Of a DNA stretch of 64,000 nucleotides, positions 10,686-20,316 are shown piece by piece. The stretch is taken from positions 186,001 to 250,000 of the forward strand of contig OZ025680.1 of assembly GCA_964019335.1 (NCBI GenBank). The letters are read 5' to 3'. Position 1 is the first letter of the stretch. Each line of letters begins with the position of its first letter. The notes under the pieces are model-generated. The model saw only the letters and a list, made by a program, of their open reading frames with translations. It did not search any database and was not told where the DNA came from. This DNA comes from Diplonema japonicum (Eukaryota; Protista; Euglenozoa: Diplonemea). The position numbers and the translations under genes are program-made.

Positions 10686-13094
10686 TCAGGGCACATACTC
10701 GACAATGTACAAAGGGAGGGCCTGCAAAGGGTGGAAGATGACAAACTCGTTGTTGATGACGCTGAGGCCTTTTGTGGCCCTGTCCTTGAGGCCTTTTACG
10801 TAGTAAGAGTCGTGGCTCTTAAGAGTGTCCCATTCTACCTTCTTCAAAGGATCGACGTAAGGAGAGGGATCAACACAGCGAATGATGTCGTGCATGCTGC
10901 AACCCGTCTTGAGACGGGCCTCTATAAGGTAAGGGTTCCCCAGATTGACCCTGCACCTCATAAGGGAATACACACCTTTAGCAGGCGTCACGTATCTGTG
11001 CGATTTTTCTACCGAGTCTGACAGGTAGATCCCCAGCCCAAACATGTGGCACTTCGCCCACACATGCTTAGCTGTGCAGTGCGTGCAGTCTGCTCCACAT
11101 AAAGTAGTTGTCAGCCCCTTCCCCCCCGAGACAGGACATTTTTCACTCGCCTTGCAATCCGATGGGCACTGAAGCCCCAACCTCAGCGTGTCGTCCACCA
11201 CAGAACATGTCGTGCCATGCCACAATTCCTTCTCCACCACAAACCCGTGCTTCTCGTTCAGAAACGCACGGCGTGACTCGTAGTTGCGTTCTTGTGACTT
11301 GTTGACAACCCTTTTGATTTGTTTAATGTCCGTGATCCCCGCGGACCGCATCTCCGAAGCCAGCTCCTCGTACTTCGCGCTGCGAAGGGGCACCGCCTCG
11401 TACGTGACTCGTGCACCGAAGTTCACAAACGATTTCTTGTTATGTCTGAAACAGCATGCCTCCGTCCAATCACCGTGGCGTATGTTCCACCCCCTGCAGT
11501 ACTTGCTAGGGCCGAGTAGACGGGGACACGGCTTGCTGCTCATGAAGGGGTTGTTCCGCTGCTGATCATCTACTGTGATGGTGTGCTCCCCGAGGTACAG
11601 CCTCGTGTTCAGCTCCGCAAGCTGAAGCTGGTTCACAGGTGCTTCCAACTCCACAAACGCACCTACTCGTGCTGCATTCCTTTCAGGCTTCAACATCTTC
11701 ACCTGATGGCCCACGAGAAATTCTTTCACGTCACTCTCAACCTCCTCGTCGCTTCCACCCGGCTTGAGCCACCCCAGCCATAGGTGTCTTGTTTCCTGCG
11801 CTACCATCCCTGCAATTATCCTCCCCTTCTCTGGAATTTGGCCCCCTCGTTGCTTCATTCCCATCTTCTGCAGGGTGGCAGCTGCGCGCTCTTCGTCGTT
11901 CTGAAGTTTTTCCAAGACACACGACAAGGGCGAGGATGCTGTGGTGTGGGTGTACTGGAGCAAGTACACGGGTAGGGCTTGGATATTCCCTTCCCGTTGC
12001 TTGACGATGTAGTACTTGTGATCGGGCTGCCACTCGTGGTCGTCGGCCTCTCCCAAGATCAGCTTGCAGAGGAACACGAAGGCACTCCCACGGCAGTAGT
12101 AGATGGACACGTTCGGGTCCTTGGCGAAGTACTCTCCTTTGCCGAAGATTTGCTTTGATCGTTTCAAGGGATCGAACCCTGTCTGTGCGATGCTCAGCAC
12201 GTTGTTCTCTTCAGTTCCGTGGAAGCCGTCGACCATGTCAGGCGCCCGCCCCTTCGCACGTGTCATGTTGTACTCCGTTGCGCGGAAACGCAGCTCGAGA
12301 CTGTCGTTCCGAAGCTGCCAGGCGTTCACTAGGACGTTGGGCCCTTTTGCGTCGTTCCACTTCTGCTGGAGAAGGTCGAGTTTTGACGGACCCACCTTCA
12401 CAAGGACCTCGTTTGCGGGTGTCACAGGGAGCTCGGGAAGCAAGTGTTCGCTGCTACAGGTGAGGGACGGGCAGCGACCAATCATGTGCAGCAAGCATAC
12501 ACTTTTGCTGCTCTTCATGAGCTCCGCAATGTCAGCACCTGCACGGGGCATCGGCTTCTTTGAGACGGCGTCCACCATGGCGGCACCCCCCACGCCTTGG
12601 ATCGTCGTTATGCCGAAGAATCTCCCGTTGTAGTTCGCTTCGAATTCCACGTGTTGCCCAACAGCCAAGCTGCAGGCCTTCCCGTTGAAGGAGGCAGCGT
12701 TGCAGCGAATGACACCGTAGAAGACTGCACTGGTGGGGGATAAGAGGCCGGGCTGTGCGAAGATTGGTTGTGTTGGGCTGATGTTGCCAAATTGTTTCTC
12801 CTTGCTCCAGTACGTCACCCTGCCAGGTAACAAGCCACTACTGTCGGCTGTAACACGGAGTAAGATGTCGCCCGGTGGAGCCTTCTCAACATCATCAGTG
12901 GATATTACTTCATTTCCGTTAACATGTGTTATTGTAAGGCGGGGGAACAAGCCTGCAATTGACGCTGGGCTGCCCACAGCCACAGTCGACACGCGGACTA
13001 CGTTGCCTTCTTGTGTAAAGGAAGCACCTATAGGCGAACCCGATCTTGCGACAGTCACTGAAAAGTTGCAAGGTTCTAGAAGCACTCCGGGCAT
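10686..13094 (-). CDS. Multidomain ADP-ribosyltransferase: PDZ, cold-shock-like OB, CCCH, PARP-like 1, RRM, CCCH, PARP-like 2
   Basis: Two PARP catalytic signatures: FHGT..FGKGEYFA and LWHGT..FGLGIYLS..NNEFVIF. Also GRVTYWSKEKQFGNI (CSD-like) and LWLGWL..GAFVEL (RRM-like). First ATG follows a pyrimidine-rich CAG. Confidence 0.85.
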   Translation of the reverse strand: MPGVLLEPCNFSVTVARSGSPIGASFTQEGNVVRVSTVAVGSPASIAGLFPRLTITHVNGNEVISTDDVEKAPPGDILLRVTADSSGLLPGRVTYWSKEKQFGNISPTQPIFAQPGLLSPTSAVFYGVIRCNAASFNGKACSLAVGQHVEFEANYNGRFFGITTIQGVGGAAMVDAVSKKPMPRAGADIAELMKSSKSVCLLHMIGRCPSLTCSSEHLLPELPVTPANEVLVKVGPSKLDLLQQKWNDAKGPNVLVNAWQLRNDSLELRFRATEYNMTRAKGRAPDMVDGFHGTEENNVLSIAQTGFDPLKRSKQIFGKGEYFAKDPNVSIYYCRGSAFVFLCKLILGEADDHEWQPDHKYYIVKQREGNIQALPVYLLQYTHTTASSPLSCVLEKLQNDEERAAATLQKMGMKQRGGQIPEKGRIIAGMVAQETRHLWLGWLKPGGSDEEVESDVKEFLVGHQVKMLKPERNAARVGAFVELEAPVNQLQLAELNTRLYLGEHTITVDDQQRNNPFMSSKPCPRLLGPSKYCRGWNIRHGDWTEACCFRHNKKSFVNFGARVTYEAVPLRSAKYEELASEMRSAGITDIKQIKRVVNKSQERNYESRRAFLNEKHGFVVEKELWHGTTCSVVDDTLRLGLQCPSDCKASEKCPVSGGKGLTTTLCGADCTHCTAKHVWAKCHMFGLGIYLSDSVEKSHRYVTPAKGVYSLMRCRVNLGNPYLIEARLKTGCSMHDIIRCVDPSPYVDPLKKVEWDTLKSHDSYYVKGLKDRATKGLSVINNEFVIFHPLQALPLYIVEYVP

Positions 13095-13537
13095 TGCAAC
13101 CTGTTGTAACAATGCGACTGCGGAGGGAAACAGAGGCACAACAACAACAAAACAAAGCATAATAAACTAATGTAAAAAAAGGGGGGGGGGTCATATTATT
13201 TATACGAACTCTCTTCCCTTTTTTTTTCTTGCAGGAACGAGTTCAAAGAAAGATCGAGGTGCTTCACGACAAGCTAAGCAATACCCTTTCCCCCTTCCTT
13301 CGCTTCATCTTTTCTACATCTATAATAAGGCGATTTTTTTTTAATTTTTTCTTTTTTTTAAAGCTGAAAAAGATAGGGGGGGGGGGGGGGGGAGAGTCAT
13401 AAAAGCTTTTTATCGAAGTTTTTATGACACCACCTCCATCTCTTTACCCACGTTTGGGTTGTTCGTGTTGAGAAACGCACGCTGCGCAGTGCAGACAGTG
13501 ATGATAGCCTTTTTTTTTTTTTTTTTTTTTCCCCATT

Positions 13538-14611
13538 CTATCGCCTCCATACCTCAAGCATCACTTCAACAGTAGTTTCACTGTGGACAGGTTCGGCAAG
13601 GTCGATTTCAGTGTCTTTCTCTTCGATTTCCTCCCCCGTGTCGGTTTCTATGTTTCTCCGGTTTTCAGCCAGCCGGCAGGACGGGGGGAGTTTCGTAGTC
13701 ACAACCGTTTGCTTCAAATGCGGCTGTAAATGTCTGCACGCGACCACATGTGTCTCTAACGAATCATCAGAGGAACACAAAAACCCCGCATAACGCTCCA
13801 GCAACGGTATGTCGAAATTCTCAACAGGCGCATGGTAGCCTCTCTCAACAACAAAGCATTCCTTATCAACCTGGTCCTGCACGGCCCGATACCTGTACAG
13901 CAAATGCTCGACAGCGATTGATTTGGGTGTGGGATCAAACCCAAGAGAAGCCTCCACATGAGGAAGCAAGACCACCATGTACTTCACGCACAAGTACGAA
14001 ATGTGTTCAAGGAGCAACCGAAGCTTACAGGAAATCCTGTGTTCCAAATTGAATATATACGTTCTAAGCAACCGGACCCTGGCTTGGTGCTCAAAGGAGT
14101 ATTCTTGTTGTTTGATCTGAAACCGAAGGAGCAGCCTCATGTAGTTTGCAAACGAGCCTTCTTCTGCATCGAAAAAAACATCTGTACACCGCCGTTCGTT
14201 TAGCAACAACCGTGTACAGGTAAGCTGGGTCAAAGGGGTGTGTGGTTCTACTGAGCTCGGCTCGTATTCCACAACTTGTGCGAGAGTTGGATTTGATAAG
14301 GTAGCGGATAGTCCTATCTCTAAGGGGTGCTTCATTGGTACACAGTGGGGGAATTCATATATTCCTCCAGATTGCCACCTGTGCTCTGGGAGCCATCTGG
14401 ATAAGATGCTCTCCACTGACTCCCCCGCGAGGCCGTACATCACCTTGCAGATCATAGCCTTTTCTACGTATTCGTGGGCGCAGCACATTATGACTTCTTT
14501 TTTGAGGACGCCGTCCCATCGTTTGCACACCAGGCGTGCCACGCCGGTTTCCTCCCACCCCATCACCCATGACAGGACTTCTCTACATATTTCTAGTGGC
14601 ACATTTTGCAT
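13538..14611 (-). CDS. F-box protein
   Basis: N-terminal VPLEICREVLSWV..ARLVCKRW is an F-box pattern. The upstream part of the track ORF is homopolymer sequence. Confidence 0.75.
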   Translation of the reverse strand: MQNVPLEICREVLSWVMGWEETGVARLVCKRWDGVLKKEVIMCCAHEYVEKAMICKVMYGLAGESVESILSRWLPEHRWQSGGIYEFPHCVPMKHPLEIGLSATLSNPTLAQVVEYEPSSVEPHTPLTQLTCTRLLLNERRCTDVFFDAEEGSFANYMRLLLRFQIKQQEYSFEHQARVRLLRTYIFNLEHRISCKLRLLLEHISYLCVKYMVVLLPHVEASLGFDPTPKSIAVEHLLYRYRAVQDQVDKECFVVERGYHAPVENFDIPLLERYAGFLCSSDDSLETHVVACRHLQPHLKQTVVTTKLPPSCRLAENRRNIETDTGEEIEEKDTEIDLAEPVHSETTVEVMLEVWRR

Positions 14612-15796
14612 TGCATGTTCCTTTTTTTTTCTTTTTTTTTTTTTTCTTTTTTTTTTTTTTTGTGAGGAGATGATTTGAAAAAAAAAAAAAAAAAAAAAAA
14701 AAAACAAGGAAAAAAAAAAGGTATAAGAAGCAGAAGAATTGAGGGAGGAGGGGGTAAAGTTACTGGTGTCGGGAATACAAACGCATAACAAAGGAACGGC
14801 GTTTTTTTTTTTTTTTTTTTTTTTTTTTACTGTTTAACTTTTTTTTTTTGAAAGAGAAAGAGAAAATCAGAAAAAAAAAGGAGGGGGGAGCAGTTTCTAT
14901 TCCTTGGGTTCCACCACCGCCCCCTCCTTTGAACAAATTGCGTTTCTTTCCACTCCCTGTTTATTTTTTTTTTCTTCTTTTTTTTTTCCTTTAGCAGGTC
15001 ACTTTACCCCCAGCGAGAAGGGGTAGTTAGATACTGGCCGGCAGGGGAGGCAGGAAGAGAAAAAAAACCTTTTTTTAAAAAAAAAGAAATGAAGTATAAA
15101 AAGGGTTTAATAAGGAATTCTTTTTTAAAAAAAAGTATCCTTCCCCTTTTTTCTTCTTTTTCTATTAAATATATCTTTCTCATAAGCTCATACACACTCC
15201 TTTTTCACATTTCTTTTTTTTTTCTTTTCTTCTTTTCTGTGTGCGAACAAAAACATAAGCCATTTTGAAATTCTTTTTTTTTGGGGGGGTCGAATGAGGC
15301 TGGGGAAACTTTTTTTCAAAAATACACGAAAGAAGAGAAAAAGCCAGAGGAAAAAAAAAGGGGGGGGATGGGGTGGAAATCCTTTAAGCAACACCTCTTA
15401 GCCTCACAAAAATACAAAATCGAGGAAAAAAGCTGGCTTAAAAAAAAGGGGGGGTGAAGCAGTTAGCTAATCCACGGATGACTAAGCGGGAGGGGACATG
15501 GGTAAGGAATGGGAAGAAAAAAAAAAAACAAAAAAAAACAACAGGGGGGGGGGGGGGGGAAAAGGGCGTGGGATAAAAAAATATGGGAAACCCATTTTTT
15601 TTTTCACTCAACCATATTTGTTTTTCATTTTCTTTTTTTTTTCTCTTTTTTTTTGTTCCTCTTTTCCCTTGTCAAAATAAAAAAAAAGAAAACTGTGTCA
15701 AAATAAAAAAAAGGGCGGGGGGGAAGGGGATAATGAAAAAAATCGAACAAAACTACAATCCCCCCCCTCCCCTCCCTATAGGTTCACTCACTCTTT

Positions 15797-15891
15797 TTAC
15801 AGATGAGGGTTGATGGGGGGCAGCAAGTGGAAAGTTTCAAATAAATCCTTCTCACGGGCACGCATATGCCCACCTACAACATTTTCCGTTA

Positions 15892-15938
<47 letters not shown>

Positions 15939-17453
15939 CCCCCACCCCCAAACACACCTCCCCATCGTCAAAAATTATATCATAGCGTCCATCTTCCTTT
16001 CGTTGCTTCACCTTCCCCCCATACCACCCCTCGTCGTCGCCGTAATACACATCAACATCTTGGCCTTCCTTCCAAACCTGCTGCCACACATCACCATCGC
16101 TCCATACTATCTGAGACCACTCGTGTCTTGCTACCAAGGCACCCATCAGAGTGATTCTCCCCAATGTCAACATCGTGGACCCGGGGGATTGTTGCGGTGC
16201 GTCCTCCAGCTGATACGACTCCTTGTCCCCTGATTCCTTTAAAACAACGGATGCTGTTCGTTCCTAAAGCGAGATTTTTTTTCCCCCCCCCAAAAAAAAA
16301 TTATACCTCAACTTTCCATGCGTTCTCTGCGCTGTCCTCCCATGTCCCTTGCAGGATGTCTAATTCTTTGTTCTAGAAAAAGAAAAGAAATTTTTTTTTC
16401 TTTTTTTTTTTCCCCGTTTGTTTTTGATACCTTAGTGGGTTCGGGGTCGCAGCATGACACCTTGATGCCGTACTGGCCGCCTCCGTGTGTGTTCGCCAAG
16501 AAGTCCATCATGAAGGACATTTGTTTCTTCGGCCTTGCAGGGGTCGGAGTTAGATGTTGGTTGTCGAGAGGTTCATCGTCGGGTGTTTCCACACGGGTTG
16601 CTTCTATAGGTGAGCGTATAAGGCCCGAGAGGGCGAGAGGGTTGGCAGGCGACACAGGTTCCTTCTCCTTCTCCTTCTCCTTCTGCTCGGGACTCTTATC
16701 GGCTTCCTCTTCACGTTCCTTGACGAAGGTAGCGAGATTCGACTCGGAGTGCGCAAGAGGGACGCCTTGAAAGAACGGAAGCGACTCATCCCTACGAAGG
16801 GACGCTGACGAATCCACTTTATAAAAGGTAAGCGACTGCCCCCTGCCTAGAGGCGTGCCCGAGGAATCTCCATTAGGGTGTTGGGGCTGCATGGTGGCAC
16901 ATTTTCGCACACTTCGCACTATTGTATTTGCATCAGGAGGAGCCTGTGAAGCAGAACCCTCAGGTGGTGATCTCACCAGTGTCAGCGACATGTTCATAGG
17001 TAGGCCGTACACACTGGGCGATGCGTGAAGCATGTTATTAAAGCTCCCGTTGTTGAAACTGCTATTGGTGATGGGGCTTGCATGTGCGTAGTGAGGCGGT
17101 GATGGGGACTGCGATGGTGACGTCATCGCTGAATCATAGCTGTTCTCCTTCGTGAGCTTTCTTTCACTATTGCTATTTTTGTACGCCCTGTCTGGGGTGA
17201 GGAGATTGTTTTCTTGCGATGTTGCCCGCGGGGTGACCTTCTTCTCTTCTTTTTTGGGGGACTGTGAGGCGGCGGGTTCTTTCTCCTTCTCCTGTTTCTC
17301 CTCCTCCTCTTTTTTTTCGTTGGTTTCTTTCTGCTTCTCCGCTTGTGGAGACGGCGGGCGGATGACGTCCTCTTCGCGCTTTTCGTTATATTTCACCGGC
17401 GCTTCACTTTGCTGTTTCCCGCCGGTCGACGGACTGCTACCGCAGCATCCCAT
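15797..17453 (-). CDS. Putative N-acylated (MGCC) low-complexity protein with C-terminal WSDGDVW-containing beta region and Tudor/Agenet-like domain; introns 16373-16430, 16264-16306, 15893-15957
   Basis: MGCCGS start. Three phase-0 GT-AG introns give a continuous frame ending GQDVDVYY..GWYGGKV..YDIIFDDGE|VTENV. Confidence 0.75.
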
Positions 17454-18849
17454 TTCTTGTTGAAGACTTCCCCCCCCTTTTTTTCCCCTCCCCTTTTGTG
17501 TGTTTTGTTTTGTTTTTCTCCCCGTGACTATGGAAAAAAAAAAAAAAAAAAAAAAAAACAGAAAAAAAAAAAAAAACAAAACAAAAAAAAAACAAGATTC
17601 CCGTTGCAGTTGGGGAGAAGGGGTGAAAAAAAAAGGGGGGGGGAAAGAAGGAAGTGAATTCCTCGGGCGAGGCAGGGGGAAATAAAAAAAAAAGAAGGAA
17701 TTTTTGTTTTTGTTTTGTTGAGTGGAGCCAAAAAAATAAAATCCTCTTTTTTCTTTTTGTCTTTACGAACGAACCCTTTTTACCGGGGGGGGGGGGGTTG
17801 TGTTTTTTTGTAGAGTCTAATTTGTAGTCTACTTTCTTTTTTTTTGTTTACCCCCTTTCTTTTTTCTTTTTTTTATCCTTTGTATTCCCCACCATAACGT
17901 GAGGGGGGAATCGAATAAAAGGTTTAGAAAAAAAAATGAAAAGTACAAACACTACAATGTAACCAACTTCGCAGAAGTACCGCATTTCCGTATGCTCGTG
18001 TGACACTCGCCAGGAGGGTGTAGGAGGTGGGGATAAAAAGAAAAAGAAAAAGAAATACCGTGTAAAAAAAAAAAATAATAAGAAGAGGAAAAAAAAAAAA
18101 AAAAAAAAAAGAGGAGCAGATTTGCGAGGGGTGGTGGGGGGGACCTTCGTTCACGAATTCTCTTATTTTCTCGCGATTTTTTTTTCTTCTTTTTTTTTTT
18201 TTCGACCTTACAATAAATAATAATAAAAAAACACTTGTTTTTTTTTTCCTTTTTTTTTTCCTTCTTCTTTTTTTTTTTTTTGTTCTTCTTTCTCCTCCTT
18301 TCATTTGTCTTGTAATTCCTATGCTCGACGGAAATAAAAAAACGAAGAAAATATGAAGAAAAAAAAAGGGGGCAAATCACCTTTTGCGACTGAAGTTCTA
18401 TGTGAGTTAGGAGGTCTTTGTACCCTCCTGTTTCTCATCATCTCTTTTTTTTTTTTTCCTTCTTTCGTCACCTAGCAGTTAGTGACTGAAGTTTGCCAAT
18501 AAATAAAATTCGCTATGGGGGGGGGGGGGGGGGTGTGGATGGGGTAGTTGTAAGCAACCATTCCAAACATAGCCAATTTAAAAAGAAAAGAAGTTATTAA
18601 GCCCCGCGATCCCGATTAAAAAAAATGTAGGAAGAAAACAAAACAAATAAAAAAAAAGAAAGAAACACTCCAATGTCCATTTTCTTTTTATATAACAACG
18701 AGTGCATGGGGGAGAGGGGGCGAAAGGGAAGGGAGAGAATGAGAGGAAGGAAAAAAAGGGGGGGTATGTGGGGTGGGGAGACATTGAAATAAAGTAAATA
18801 AAAAGATTATGCGCTCTTTTCTCCCCCCCCCCCCCATTCTTCTTCTTTT

Positions 18850-19663
18850 TTACCAACGGCCCCTGCGGTTGCCACCACCACGGCCCCCGTAGCCTCGGGA
18901 CCCCCTTCCACGGGACTGGCCGCGGCCTCCAACATTCCTTTAAAAAGTTCTTTTTTTTTTTTTTTTCTCGTACCTGTGGCCGCGTTGCCTTGTGAAGGAA
19001 CGTTCGATGGCTGTGACAGCATCGGCACCGAAGGTTTCAATGTCTTGTTTATGGTTGTTTTCGCGCATAACCTTTGTCATCCTGCTGTTAAAAAAATTTT
19101 AATAAAAGTTTTTTTTCAGCTGCGCATACCTCTGTGCCTCGCCCTTCTGCCTCTCGGTCGTCTCGCAAGACAGGCTGTCGAAGAAGGACTTCTTCTTGTC
19201 GTACCCCACCTCAACCGGGTCCTTCGTCTCCTCCTTCACCTTGCTCATGTCGATCTTTGCGCCCTCGAAGTCGAACTCCTCCTCGATGCCGGACATCTTC
19301 CTCTTCTCTTCGGCATTCTTGTCGTCGATCGCCTTGAAGTTCATTCCTGTGTGTGTGGCCAGGGGGTTCTCCCTTGTCCTGCTGTTCGATCGCTGGCGGT
19401 TGACGCGGTTCTTCCCGCCGCCGCCACCGCCCTTGTAGCCCCCATCGCCGCCGCTGCCCTTGTACCCACCGTCATGTCTGTCGTTCCTGTAGTCGTTGTA
19501 CCTTCGGCGGTCTTGCCTGTAGGAGTCAAAGCCGCCCCCGTACCCTCCGTAGCCGCGGTCCCTGTCATGGTGTCCCTTCCCGCCAGAGTAGCGGTCTTGG
19601 TGGCGTTCTGTTGACCAGTTGTCGTACATTCCTCGGCCGCCGCTTTCGTTCCTACTTTTTTTA

Positions 19664-19701
<38 letters not shown>

Positions 19702-20153
19702 ATGTTTACATACCTCCCGAAGTTTGAGGTGTCCCTCTGGTGACTAGTGTGGTGGCCGCCTGTGAGTGAAATGTATATTGCGAGGCGGGAACATACCCTT
19801 ACCCCCTTTGCCGCCACGAGCCGCCGGCTGTGCCGTCACCACTGCAGGGTCGATGAATTCAGGCTTCGGCTTCTGCTCGAATACAGTGAGATCCTTGATG
19901 TCGGACCCCCGGAAGATGATGAAGTCGTACAGAGCGTCTTGAAGATAAGTCGTTAAAAAAAACTATTTTTTTAAATCATACCAGAGGGTGGGATCTGGTG
20001 CTCTGCGGGTCTCCCTTCCGTTCCATGCATTCTCACATTCTTGAGGCTCACCGTGTTGGCAACAGGGTCTATGGAGGACAAGGTACCTTCATATCTGATT
20101 TCAGACTTGCTGATCAGCCTGATGCACGAACCTTGGATACGTGCCGAGTCCAT
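18850..20153 (-). CDS. SCD6: SCD6/LSM14 (RAP55) P-body translational repressor; introns 19938-19981, 19760-19796, 19652-19713, 19085-19129, 18938-18973
   Basis: LSm domain (LISKSEIRYEG..YDFIIFRGSDIKDL), FDF box (EEFDFE), FFD box (SFFDSLS), TFG box (DIETFG) and RGG-rich tail, all joined by five canonical introns. Confidence 0.93.
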
Positions 20154-20316
20154 GTTGCTTTGCCCTTTTCTTTACCCCCTTTTCTTTTGCAAGATCGCAC
20201 GCTACGGGGAAAAATTTTTAAAACCATAATAAATCCAAGAGAATAAAAAAAAAAAGAATCAGCAACAGCCGACATAAAAGAACTAAGAAACAATAATCAA
20301 AAAAAAAAAAAAAAAT

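Noticed and set aside
2548-16430. Apparent rule that all introns are phase 0
   Set aside because: 10 of the first 11 are phase 0, but SCD6, DHODH intron 1 and the coiled-coil gene have phase 1 or 2 introns.
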